A DNA stretch of 64,000 nucleotides from Candidatus Latescibacterota bacterium. Lineage in GTDB: Bacteria > Latescibacterota > UBA2968 > UBA8231. The first letter of the stretch is position 1, and the number at the start of each line of letters is the position of its first letter. Made by a program: the position numbers and the translations under genes. Of this stretch, positions 37,466-45,085 are shown piece by piece. The notes under the pieces are model-generated. The model saw nothing but the letters and a program-made list of their open reading frames with translations, made no database searches and was not told the origin of the DNA. Location of the stretch: the NCBI GenBank assembly GCA_963422735.1, contig OY730476.1, positions 2,368,001-2,432,000 of the forward strand. The letters are read 5' to 3'.

Positions 37466-39598
37466 TCAAAAGCCCAAGGCCGTGCCGACTTGGTACGTCG
37501 CCAGTGCGCCGACATAAGCGAGGGTCGTCATATAGCCAAAGCTAAACAGGGACCAGCGATAGGAGCCGGTCTCTTTTTGTATGACGACTAGGGTCGAGAG
37601 GCACTGGGCGCAGAGGGCGAAGAAAACCATGATTGACAGCGCCACCGGCAGGGTGTAAATCGGGCGGCCATCCGGCCAAGTAGCGGCGGCCAAGGTCGTG
37701 TGCAGGCTCTCGGATTCTTCGTCCTCACCCGCGCCGAGGCTATAGATAGTGCCCAAGGCCGAGATGATGACTTCGCGGGCCGGAAAAGAGGCGATGACCG
37801 CCATGCCGATGCGCCAGTCCCATCCCAAAGGACGCACGGCCGGCGCGACCCAGTGCCCGGCTTGGCCGAGATAGCTGTTTTCTACCAGCTCGGCCGCTTG
37901 GTGCTTTTCCAAGGCGTCGAGGGCTTGGGGCGCGACCGCTTGGCGCTCAACTTGGTGGCGCTCGATCACGTCTGCCGAGCGCGGGAAGTACGCCAGCGCC
38001 CACATCGCAATAGTCGTCGCCAAGATGAGACTGCCGGCGCGGACGACAAAGGCCCGGCTGCTGTGGTACACGCGCAGCAGCACCGTGTGCAGGTTGGGCG
38101 TCTTGTAGGAAGGCAGTTCCAGCAGAAAGGGCGGGGGATCTCCCTCGAGCAAGGTCCGCTTGAGCAACCAAGCCATCGGGATGGCGACGAGCGCACCGAG
38201 GCAGTAGAAGGCAAACAGGGTCAGAGCCTGCAAGCCGATGATCCCCCCCCACAGCGAGCGGTCTGGGACAAAAGCCCCGATGAAGAGCACGTACACCGGT
38301 AGGCGCGCCGAACAGCTCATCAGCGGTGCGACCAAGATGGTGGCAAAGCGGTCGCGCCGGTCTTCAATGGTGCGAGTGGCCATAATGCCCGGGACGGCGC
38401 AGGCAAAGCTGGACAGCAGGGGAATGAAGGCCGTGCCGGAAAGCCCCACGCGGGTGAGCAGCCGATCCATCAACAGCGCGGCCCGAGCCATGTAGCCGCT
38501 GTCTTCGAGTAGGGCGATAAAAAAGAATAAGATGGCGATCTGAGGCAGAAAGATGAGCACGCCGCCAACGCCGGCGATGAGGCCATCGACGACAAGGCTT
38601 TGCAGGGGGCCGGGAGGGATAAGCGCCACGGCGCGGGCGCCGCAGGCGGCAAAGAGCACGTCAACTCCATCCATCAGTGGCCCGGACCAAGTGTAAATGG
38701 CTTCGAAGACCAAGACGTTGATCAGCACAAAAATCGCCGTGCCGAAGAGGCGGTGCGCGAGAATGCGGTCGGCCCGATCCGAGCGGCGACCCTCTAAGCG
38801 GTCGGGCTGGGAAATAGCACGCGAGAGCAGGCCGTCGATCCAAGCATAGCGAGCGTTGCTTTCTAACTCGGAAAGGGAATCCGCGCCAGCCGTACGCAGG
38901 CGGTCCAAGTGGTCAGCGGTGCCATCACCAGCGAACTCCAACAGGCGGCGCTCGGCATAGCCGTCTTCATCAACTAGGGCACGCAGGGCCTCTACTGAGG
39001 AGAGCGGCTCGGAGACTGCGGCTTGCAACTCGGCTGTGGCGCGCTGAAGCTGATCGGGCAGTTCCACCCGCTGCGGTCGCGTGGGTGACGGACCCGCGTT
39101 CAAAGCCGCTAAAGTACGCCGCAGGTCATCCAACCCCTGCCGGCGATGGGCGCAGATCGGCACCACCGGTACGCCGAGCGCCTCAGACAAGGCACTAGAG
39201 TCAATGCGAATGCCCCGCCGGACTGCTATATCCCCCATATTGAGGACGACAACCAAGGGCACATCTATTTCTGCGAGCTGGGAAACTAAGTAGAGGTTGC
39301 GCCGCAGGTTGCTGGCATCGACGACCGCCAAGATGCCATCTATGGGCGGCGCGTCTTGCTGTTGGCCCAAGAGCACGTCAATGGCCAGCATCTCGTCGGG
39401 AGAGTGCGCGGCAAGGCTATAGGCACCGGGCAGGTCAATCAGGTCTAGCGAGTCTTCCCCATCCAGCGTCAGGGTCCCCGCTTTGTGTTCCACGGTGACG
39501 CCCGGATAGTTACCGGCGCGCTGCGAAAGGCCGGTCAGGGCGTTGAAAAGCGTGGTCTTGCCCGTGTTGGGGTTGCCGATAAGTGCGAGGGTCCGCAC
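37466..39598 (-). CDS. feoB: Ferrous iron transporter B
   Basis: GNPNTGKT, NYPGVTVE, DLPGAYSL, LEDSGYMARAA, PLMSCSARLP. Confidence 0.96.
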   Translation of the reverse strand: MRTLALIGNPNTGKTTLFNALTGLSQRAGNYPGVTVEHKAGTLTLDGEDSLDLIDLPGAYSLAAHSPDEMLAIDVLLGQQQDAPPIDGILAVVDASNLRRNLYLVSQLAEIDVPLVVVLNMGDIAVRRGIRIDSSALSEALGVPVVPICAHRRQGLDDLRRTLAALNAGPSPTRPQRVELPDQLQRATAELQAAVSEPLSSVEALRALVDEDGYAERRLLEFAGDGTADHLDRLRTAGADSLSELESNARYAWIDGLLSRAISQPDRLEGRRSDRADRILAHRLFGTAIFVLINVLVFEAIYTWSGPLMDGVDVLFAACGARAVALIPPGPLQSLVVDGLIAGVGGVLIFLPQIAILFFFIALLEDSGYMARAALLMDRLLTRVGLSGTAFIPLLSSFACAVPGIMATRTIEDRRDRFATILVAPLMSCSARLPVYVLFIGAFVPDRSLWGGIIGLQALTLFAFYCLGALVAIPMAWLLKRTLLEGDPPPFLLELPSYKTPNLHTVLLRVYHSSRAFVVRAGSLILATTIAMWALAYFPRSADVIERHQVERQAVAPQALDALEKHQAAELVENSYLGQAGHWVAPAVRPLGWDWRIGMAVIASFPAREVIISALGTIYSLGAGEDEESESLHTTLAAATWPDGRPIYTLPVALSIMVFFALCAQCLSTLVVIQKETGSYRWSLFSFGYMTTLAYVGALATYQVGTALGF

Positions 39599-39622
39599 AG
39601 AGGGCCTGCTGAACAGGAAAAA

Positions 39623-39874
39623 CTAGGGGACTAGGCGGATGGCGGCAGCATCCCTACGCCGGAGCGCGAGGCGAGTCTGTCCTATCTGGACGATGAGCGC
39701 AGTCCCGGAGCGCAGCACGCGCAAATGTTCTCCGGGCAAAAAGCCCAATTCGCGCAGGCGGGCGGCTAAGCGCACAGGGGCCGAGACTTCGGCGACGACG
39801 GCTTCGCCGTACTGAGGCAACTGTGACAAGTCGAGCGGGGAGGCTGATGTGCAGGGCGTTTTGCGAAATTCCAT
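39623..39874 (-). CDS. feoA: Ferrous iron transport protein A
   Basis: RLRELGFLPG...RLALRRRDAAAI; upstream of feoB. Confidence 0.85.
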   Translation of the reverse strand: MEFRKTPCTSASPLDLSQLPQYGEAVVAEVSAPVRLAARLRELGFLPGEHLRVLRSGTALIVQIGQTRLALRRRDAAAIRLVP

Positions 39875-40071
39875 GCGATAGCTCCGGCTAGATTGGGCGG
39901 AAATCAGATTGGCTGCAGAAATAAGTGTTTAAGCCACCAATAAGATGTTCTGTATGCCAAACTTCTGTAAATATAGTCAATCAGAGAGCGGTACGTCAAT
40001 GTATTTTTTAAGACTATAAAAAATGTTGACGGGCTAAAACAACTGATGTTGCGCCCGCGCCTCTTAGGAAG

Positions 40072-40144
40072 AGATACTTCGACTTCGCTCAGCATGACAG
40101 GTGCTAGTGTGTTCCTTCCTAGTGTCACGCTGAGCGCAGCCGAG
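40072..40144. repeat. REP-like arms (AGATACTTCGACTTCGCTCAGCATGACA / TGTCACGCTGAGCG)
   Basis: Inverted repeat; same family as 37193-37284. Confidence 0.7.
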
Positions 40145-40145
40145 T

Positions 40146-40190
40146 CGCTTCACCTCGACTGTCCTGCCTAAAGGCAGGGTGAAGCAGGCG
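40146..40190. repeat. 45-bp palindromic dispersed repeat, copy 2
   Basis: Matches the reverse complement of 3661-3705; hairpin CCTGCC-TAAA-GGCAGG inside GCTTCACC/GGTGAAGC. Confidence 0.8.
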
Positions 40191-40470
40191 AGCTTCACCT
40201 CGCCTTTAGGAGTGAACAGCATTTATCGACCGACCAGTGCCTAACGCATAGGCCCCGACGATACACAACGCCAGTTATTCGACAAGCGATGAGACGTTAT
40301 TCATCTTAGCTGACGTTACGCAGTGCTTTGTCGCGGACGAACCAGTCCATGTAGGCGGTCCCCTCCAGCGGGGGAGGCAGGGCGAAGCTACGCCTTGGAC
40401 GGCAAACTGCGTAACATCAGTCTTAAGTTCCGATCTACGAAATGCGGTTTTTGCAGGAAGAGGGGCAGCC

Positions 40471-41349
40471 ATGACAAAATGGATTATAGGGGCGATGTTG
40501 CTCGGCGCGGCTCAAACAGGTGCGGTGGATTTTTACGCGCATTGGGCCGACGGGAAGGCCGAGATCTCTAGCTATGAAGTGATTCAGCCACGCTACGGCG
40601 AGCTGCGGCAGGGGTACGGGGTGATGATTTTCGTGACCGAGAGCCTGCACCCACAGACCTTTATCAAGGTCGATTCTCCGACGCTGGAGGCCAACCAATT
40701 CTACGCGCTCAAGCTCAACCACATCCTCAAGTTTACGACTGGGATATACGACTATTCGGTAATGACCTCGGTTTTCAGCCAAGTGGCGGGCGAGCGGCAT
40801 CCCTTTGAGTTACGGCGCATTTCATTCAGTGCGCAGGAGTGGTGCGGGCAGGTCTTTGACGAGGCCCTGTTCAGCGACGGGCAGATCAACGGGCACATCA
40901 GCAGCTATTTTGCCAGTGAAGGCCGGGGCACCTATCGGCTAAAGCACCCCGAGCACTTCGCGAGCGAGGATCATCTGCTGATCCGCATCCGAGAGTTGCA
41001 AGGGCCGTTTATGGACTTGAGTGAGGTGCGGGAGGTGGAGGTGCTGCCGAGCTTTTGGCAGCTTCGGCAGGCGCATCAGCCCCATGCGGTCGTGTCCGGG
41101 CGGATCCACAAGGTCGCCGAGGAGCAGATTGAGACGGCAGCCGGCGCGCTGGCCAGCGTACGGTGGGAGCTGCACATTGGCCAGCGGCAGCGGACCTTTT
41201 GGACGGAAAAAGCCTATCCGCATCGGATTCTGCGCTGGGACGACGACGATGGAGGGCGCGGCACATTGATGCGGACTATGCGGGTGCCTTACTGGAAATT
41301 GCAGGCGAACGCAGACGCGGTGTACCGGCGAGAGTTGGGTATTCCCTGA
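40471..41349 (+). CDS. Conserved-looking secreted hypothetical protein
   Basis: Signal peptide; WADGKAEISSY..RYGE, IFVTE, QEWCGQ, PYW. Confidence 0.75.
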   Translation: MTKWIIGAMLLGAAQTGAVDFYAHWADGKAEISSYEVIQPRYGELRQGYGVMIFVTESLHPQTFIKVDSPTLEANQFYALKLNHILKFTTGIYDYSVMTSVFSQVAGERHPFELRRISFSAQEWCGQVFDEALFSDGQINGHISSYFASEGRGTYRLKHPEHFASEDHLLIRIRELQGPFMDLSEVREVEVLPSFWQLRQAHQPHAVVSGRIHKVAEEQIETAAGALASVRWELHIGQRQRTFWTEKAYPHRILRWDDDDGGRGTLMRTMRVPYWKLQANADAVYRRELGIP

Positions 41350-41365
41350 GATTGGCGACGACCTG

Positions 41366-41551
41366 TCAGTGCATCAGGGTCAGCTTGTGGCTTTCGACCG
41401 CCCCATCGACCGACAGCACCAGCAGATACAGACCCGACGCCTGAAACCAAACCGGCCGGCGTCGCGACCGTCCCAGACATATTGGTGCGGGAGCTGGCCG
41501 CTGGGCCTTTGCGGCTAGCTCCCGCACCTGCTGCCCTAACTCGTCGTAGAT
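41366..41551 (-). pseudogene. Orphan FlgD-Ig / T9SS-type C-terminal domain remnant
   Basis: IYDELGQQVREL / HQYVWDGRD / ASGLYLLVLSVDGAVESHKLTLMH* across frameshifts. Confidence 0.65.
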
Positions 41552-41640
41552 ACGAACCGAGATTGACGACCACCCCGCTGAGGCCGGTCAGGGAGAATTT
41601 TACGAAAGTGCGGGGTGTGCCAAGCGCAGCGACCATTTTG
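41552..41640 (-). pseudogene. GtrA-family fragment
   Basis: RTFVKFSLTGLSGVVVNLGS matches a GtrA N-terminus and ends abruptly. Confidence 0.5.
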
Positions 41641-41655
41641 CGCGGGCCTTGCTGC

Positions 41656-42495
41656 TCAGGCCGAGTCGTATTCGGCCATTAAGCCGCGCAAGTAGCGCAC
41701 GGCCTTGGGCACGGCGGTCTCTTCTGCTTCCACGTCCTGCCCTTCGTACACAACCGATAGCCAGCCATTGTAGCTGACCCCTTTCAAAATCTCGAAGATG
41801 CGCGGATAGTTGAGCCACTCTTCAACGCCGCTTTGGATGCGGTAGATCTTGCAGCGAACGTGGACGGCCAACGGAGCGGTTTCCTCGATACTACCGTAAA
41901 AGTTGAGGGCGGGATCCTCGTGTCCGCGTTGGCCCGAAGCCCCGGGCGAGCCGACGTATTGACCTGTGTCGAGGATGTGCGAGAAATAGGGGTTATCAAC
42001 GCCCTCGATAATGCGGCGCACATCTTTGCCCGTGCGCGTGACGCAGCCGTGGTTGTGGTTGTGCAAGCCGACGACCACGCCCTTTTCCTCGCCGTGAGCC
42101 GCCACTTCCTCCAAGCAGGGCATCATCCGCGCCCACACATCCTCTTCGCGGTCGCCTTCGGGAATCCACGCGGCAAAGACCCGCACCAGCGGAATGCCCA
42201 TGAACGCGGCCACATCGATCCACTCCTTGGCTGTGGCGACTTCGGCGGCGAGCTCGTCTTGAGGCTTGCCGAAGTTGGAGCTGACGCCAATATAGGAGAG
42301 CGCGATCCCGCGTCTAAAGGCCTGCATGCGGATGCTGCGCAGATACGCCGGGTCAAGCGAGGCAAAGGCACGCGTGTGGATGTCGAGGCCGTCGAGGCCG
42401 AGCTGGTAGGCGCGTTCAATAAACTGCTCCAAGTCGAGCTTATTCGCGGCAAATTCGTCTTTATAACTGAGGGACATGCAGCCTAGTTTGAGCAT
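41656..42495 (-). CDS. Sugar phosphate isomerase/epimerase (xylose-isomerase-like TIM barrel)
   Basis: LVRVFA, GLHNHNH, LDTGQY, SVVYEG; ATG at 42495. Confidence 0.85.
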   Translation of the reverse strand: MLKLGCMSLSYKDEFAANKLDLEQFIERAYQLGLDGLDIHTRAFASLDPAYLRSIRMQAFRRGIALSYIGVSSNFGKPQDELAAEVATAKEWIDVAAFMGIPLVRVFAAWIPEGDREEDVWARMMPCLEEVAAHGEEKGVVVGLHNHNHGCVTRTGKDVRRIIEGVDNPYFSHILDTGQYVGSPGASGQRGHEDPALNFYGSIEETAPLAVHVRCKIYRIQSGVEEWLNYPRIFEILKGVSYNGWLSVVYEGQDVEAEETAVPKAVRYLRGLMAEYDSA

Positions 42496-42645
42496 TAGAG
42501 GTCTCCTTGAGAGTGGGATTGGGCGCAATTTGCCATTCGCATGTATTGCGCCGACAAAATAATGAACTATAGCGCGGCGGCCAATTTGTCCGCAGTCGGG
42601 GCTTGTGCTATTTTCCGCGCTCCATCTCCAACGGAAAGCAAAGCT

Positions 42646-43749
42646 GTGATCGAAGTAGGAGAATACAAAGTCGCCGAGCCGGACGGCATCGAAACACCAG
42701 CCATGCTGGTCTTTGCCGACCAACTCGAGCACAACATAAAAACAGTCGGCGAACTAGTCGGAGGCAGCGAGCATCTGTTCGTTCACGTCAAGACCCACAA
42801 GTCCATAGACATAGCGCGCAAACAGCTCGCATCCGGCGTCGCCGGGTTCAAATGTGCCACGCTCAAGGAACTAGAAATGGCCCTCGACGCCGGCGCGCAG
42901 GAAGCCATTTTGTCCTACCCGCTGGTGCAAAAAAGCAAGGTCCTGCGATTCGCCTCGTTGGCTCAAACAGAGGCGACCGTCAGCGCGATTGCCAGCGCAC
43001 CTGCACACGTGCAGCTCTTGGGCGCAATAGCCCAAGAGCTGCAGCAGATCCTGCGGGTGATGATCGACCTCAACGTAGGCATGTTCCGCACCGGCGTCCC
43101 TTTGGGCACAGCCGCCGATCTCTATCGCCAAGTCGCGCAACACCCCCACCTGTCCCTAGGCGGACTGCACTTGTACGACGGGCACGAGCACATCTCCGAG
43201 CCTAAGGCGCGCCAAGCAGCGGCCGAGCGGCACATCCGCGATGCCCAACGCCTAAAAGCGGCCCTCGAAGGCGAGGGTTTGGCCGTACCCCGGGTCGTCG
43301 GAGGCGGCTCCTTTTCCTTTCCATACTACGCCCGCGCCGAGGGGATGCACGGCTCCCCGGGCACCTGCGTGTACTGGGATGCTGGGTACGGCCGCATAAT
43401 GGCCGAGCTACCTTTCAAATGGGCGGCCCTCGTCCTGACGCAAGTGGTCGATCGCTATCCCGAGCAGCATACGATCACCACGGACTTGGGCACCAAGGCC
43501 ATTAGCGACGATGGCCCTATGCCGAGCCGGGCCAAGCTCTTGCAGAACGCAGAGGCCGAGTTGCTCAGGCAAAACGAGGAACACGGCGTCTTCTCTTGGC
43601 CCGAACCCCAACCCGAAGTCGGCACCTATCTCCTCGCCGTGCCTGGGCACGTGTGTCCGACGACGATTCGCTATCCGGGCGCACACGTTATCAACGGCCA
43701 CGGGCAGGTCGCCGATTACTACCTGCACTCGGCCCGCGACCGCTCCTAA
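42646..43749 (+). CDS. D-threonine aldolase / DSD1 family PLP-dependent enzyme
   Basis: ETPAM, HVKTHKS, KCAT, RTG, YDGH, DLGTKAI, NEEHG, HVCPT. Confidence 0.85.
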   Translation: MIEVGEYKVAEPDGIETPAMLVFADQLEHNIKTVGELVGGSEHLFVHVKTHKSIDIARKQLASGVAGFKCATLKELEMALDAGAQEAILSYPLVQKSKVLRFASLAQTEATVSAIASAPAHVQLLGAIAQELQQILRVMIDLNVGMFRTGVPLGTAADLYRQVAQHPHLSLGGLHLYDGHEHISEPKARQAAAERHIRDAQRLKAALEGEGLAVPRVVGGGSFSFPYYARAEGMHGSPGTCVYWDAGYGRIMAELPFKWAALVLTQVVDRYPEQHTITTDLGTKAISDDGPMPSRAKLLQNAEAELLRQNEEHGVFSWPEPQPEVGTYLLAVPGHVCPTTIRYPGAHVINGHGQVADYYLHSARDRS

Positions 43750-43755
43750 TTAGCA

Positions 43756-44916
43756 ATGCCTGCACAGTTGAGGCTGGCGGAGCTGGCCGCCAAACAGCGG
43801 CGGCGCGTCGTGGGCCTGATGTCCGGGACCTCGGCCGACGGGATCGATGCCGTGCTGGTCGATCTGTGGGGCAGCGGTGAATCTACGCGCTACGAAATTT
43901 TGTCCTTTAACACTACGCCGCTGCCCACTGCCTTGCGACGCGAGGTGTTCGCCCTCTTTGCCGAGGATGCTTCGCTCGACGCGTTGTGCCGAGTCAACTT
44001 TGCCCTCGGCGAGGCTTTTGCAACAGCGGCCCTAGCCGCGATCGAGCAAGCCAAGCTCGGTCCCGAGTCCATCGACCTGATCGGCTCGCACGGGCAGACC
44101 GTGCGCCATCTGCCGGGTAGCGGGGCCACCTTGCAGATTGGCGAACCAGCCGTCATTGCCGCGTGCACGGGCGCGGTGACCATTGCGGACTTTCGCGCGG
44201 CCGACATGGCCGTCGGCGGCGAGGGCGCACCGCTGGTGCCCCTAGCGGATCACCTGCTCTTTGTCCATCGGCACGAGGGGCGTCTGCTGCTCAATATCGG
44301 CGGGATAGCCAACATCACGGCCTTGCCGCCCAACGCCGATGCCAGCGCAGTACGGGCCTTTGACCTAGGGCCTGGCAACATGCTCATCGACGCGGCTGTG
44401 GCGCACGGCACCAGCGGCCGCGAGCACTTTGACCGCGGGGGCATGCGGGCGGCGCGCGGGCGCGTCGATGAAACCCTGTTGGCCGAGCTGATGCGCACCA
44501 GCTTCTTGCAGCGCGAGCCGCCCAAGTCCACCGGGCGCGAGGAATTTGGCGAGCCTTTCCTCGCGGACATTCTCCGGCGCGGCACGTGGAGCGATAACGA
44601 CCTGATCGCCACGCTGACCGCCTTTACCGTGCAATCCATCGCCGAGGGCATTCGCCGCTTCTGCCCCAGGGAGTTCGCCAAGCTCTGGGTAGGCGGCGGA
44701 GGCGTCCACAATCCGCGCATTATGGCGGGATTGCGCCACGCGCTGCCGGGCCTAGCGGTGCGGTCGCTGGCCGAACTGGGCGTCGATCCCGACGCGCGCG
44801 AAGCCCTCGCCTTTGCGGTCCTCGCCAACGAGACGCTGATGGGCCGCACCGGCAATATCCCGACCGTCACCCGCGCACAGCGCCCGGTCGTTCTCGGCAA
44901 AATCGCCTTGCCGTGA
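43756..44916 (+). CDS. anmK: Anhydro-N-acetylmuramic acid kinase
   Basis: GLMSGTSADGID, GSHGQT, GGEGAPLVP, NIGGIAN, PKSTGRE. Confidence 0.95.
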   Translation: MPAQLRLAELAAKQRRRVVGLMSGTSADGIDAVLVDLWGSGESTRYEILSFNTTPLPTALRREVFALFAEDASLDALCRVNFALGEAFATAALAAIEQAKLGPESIDLIGSHGQTVRHLPGSGATLQIGEPAVIAACTGAVTIADFRAADMAVGGEGAPLVPLADHLLFVHRHEGRLLLNIGGIANITALPPNADASAVRAFDLGPGNMLIDAAVAHGTSGREHFDRGGMRAARGRVDETLLAELMRTSFLQREPPKSTGREEFGEPFLADILRRGTWSDNDLIATLTAFTVQSIAEGIRRFCPREFAKLWVGGGGVHNPRIMAGLRHALPGLAVRSLAELGVDPDAREALAFAVLANETLMGRTGNIPTVTRAQRPVVLGKIALP

Positions 44917-44977
44917 TTCGAGTGGCCAGTGGTTAGTTTCCCACCCGACCCTTCCTTTATAGATGGAATGAGTTGGG

Positions 44978-45008
44978 ACTGATCACTGATCACTGATCAC
45001 TGATCACT
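44978..45008. repeat. Heptamer tandem repeat (ACTGATC)x4
   Basis: Seen directly; a degenerate complementary arm AGTGGCCAGTGGTTAGT lies at 44921-44937. Confidence 0.85.
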
Positions 45009-45085
45009 ATTTTTTCTTGCTGAGAATCCGCGCCGCGAATATGTTTGCCCGCTAGTTTTCCGTACCAAACCACAAAGGAGATGCA

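Larger units (their letters stand above)
40042..40421. mobile_element. Putative non-autonomous MITE-like element with nested palindromes
   Basis: ACTGATGTTGCGC at 40042 and CTGACGTTACGCAGT at 40310 are both inverted relative to ACTGCGTAACATCAGT at 40406-40421; encloses REP-like arms; no convincing ORF. Confidence 0.5.

Noticed and set aside
39880-40040. Fur or DtxR box upstream of feoA
   Set aside because: The region is AT-rich but no convincing 19-bp palindrome matching either consensus was found.
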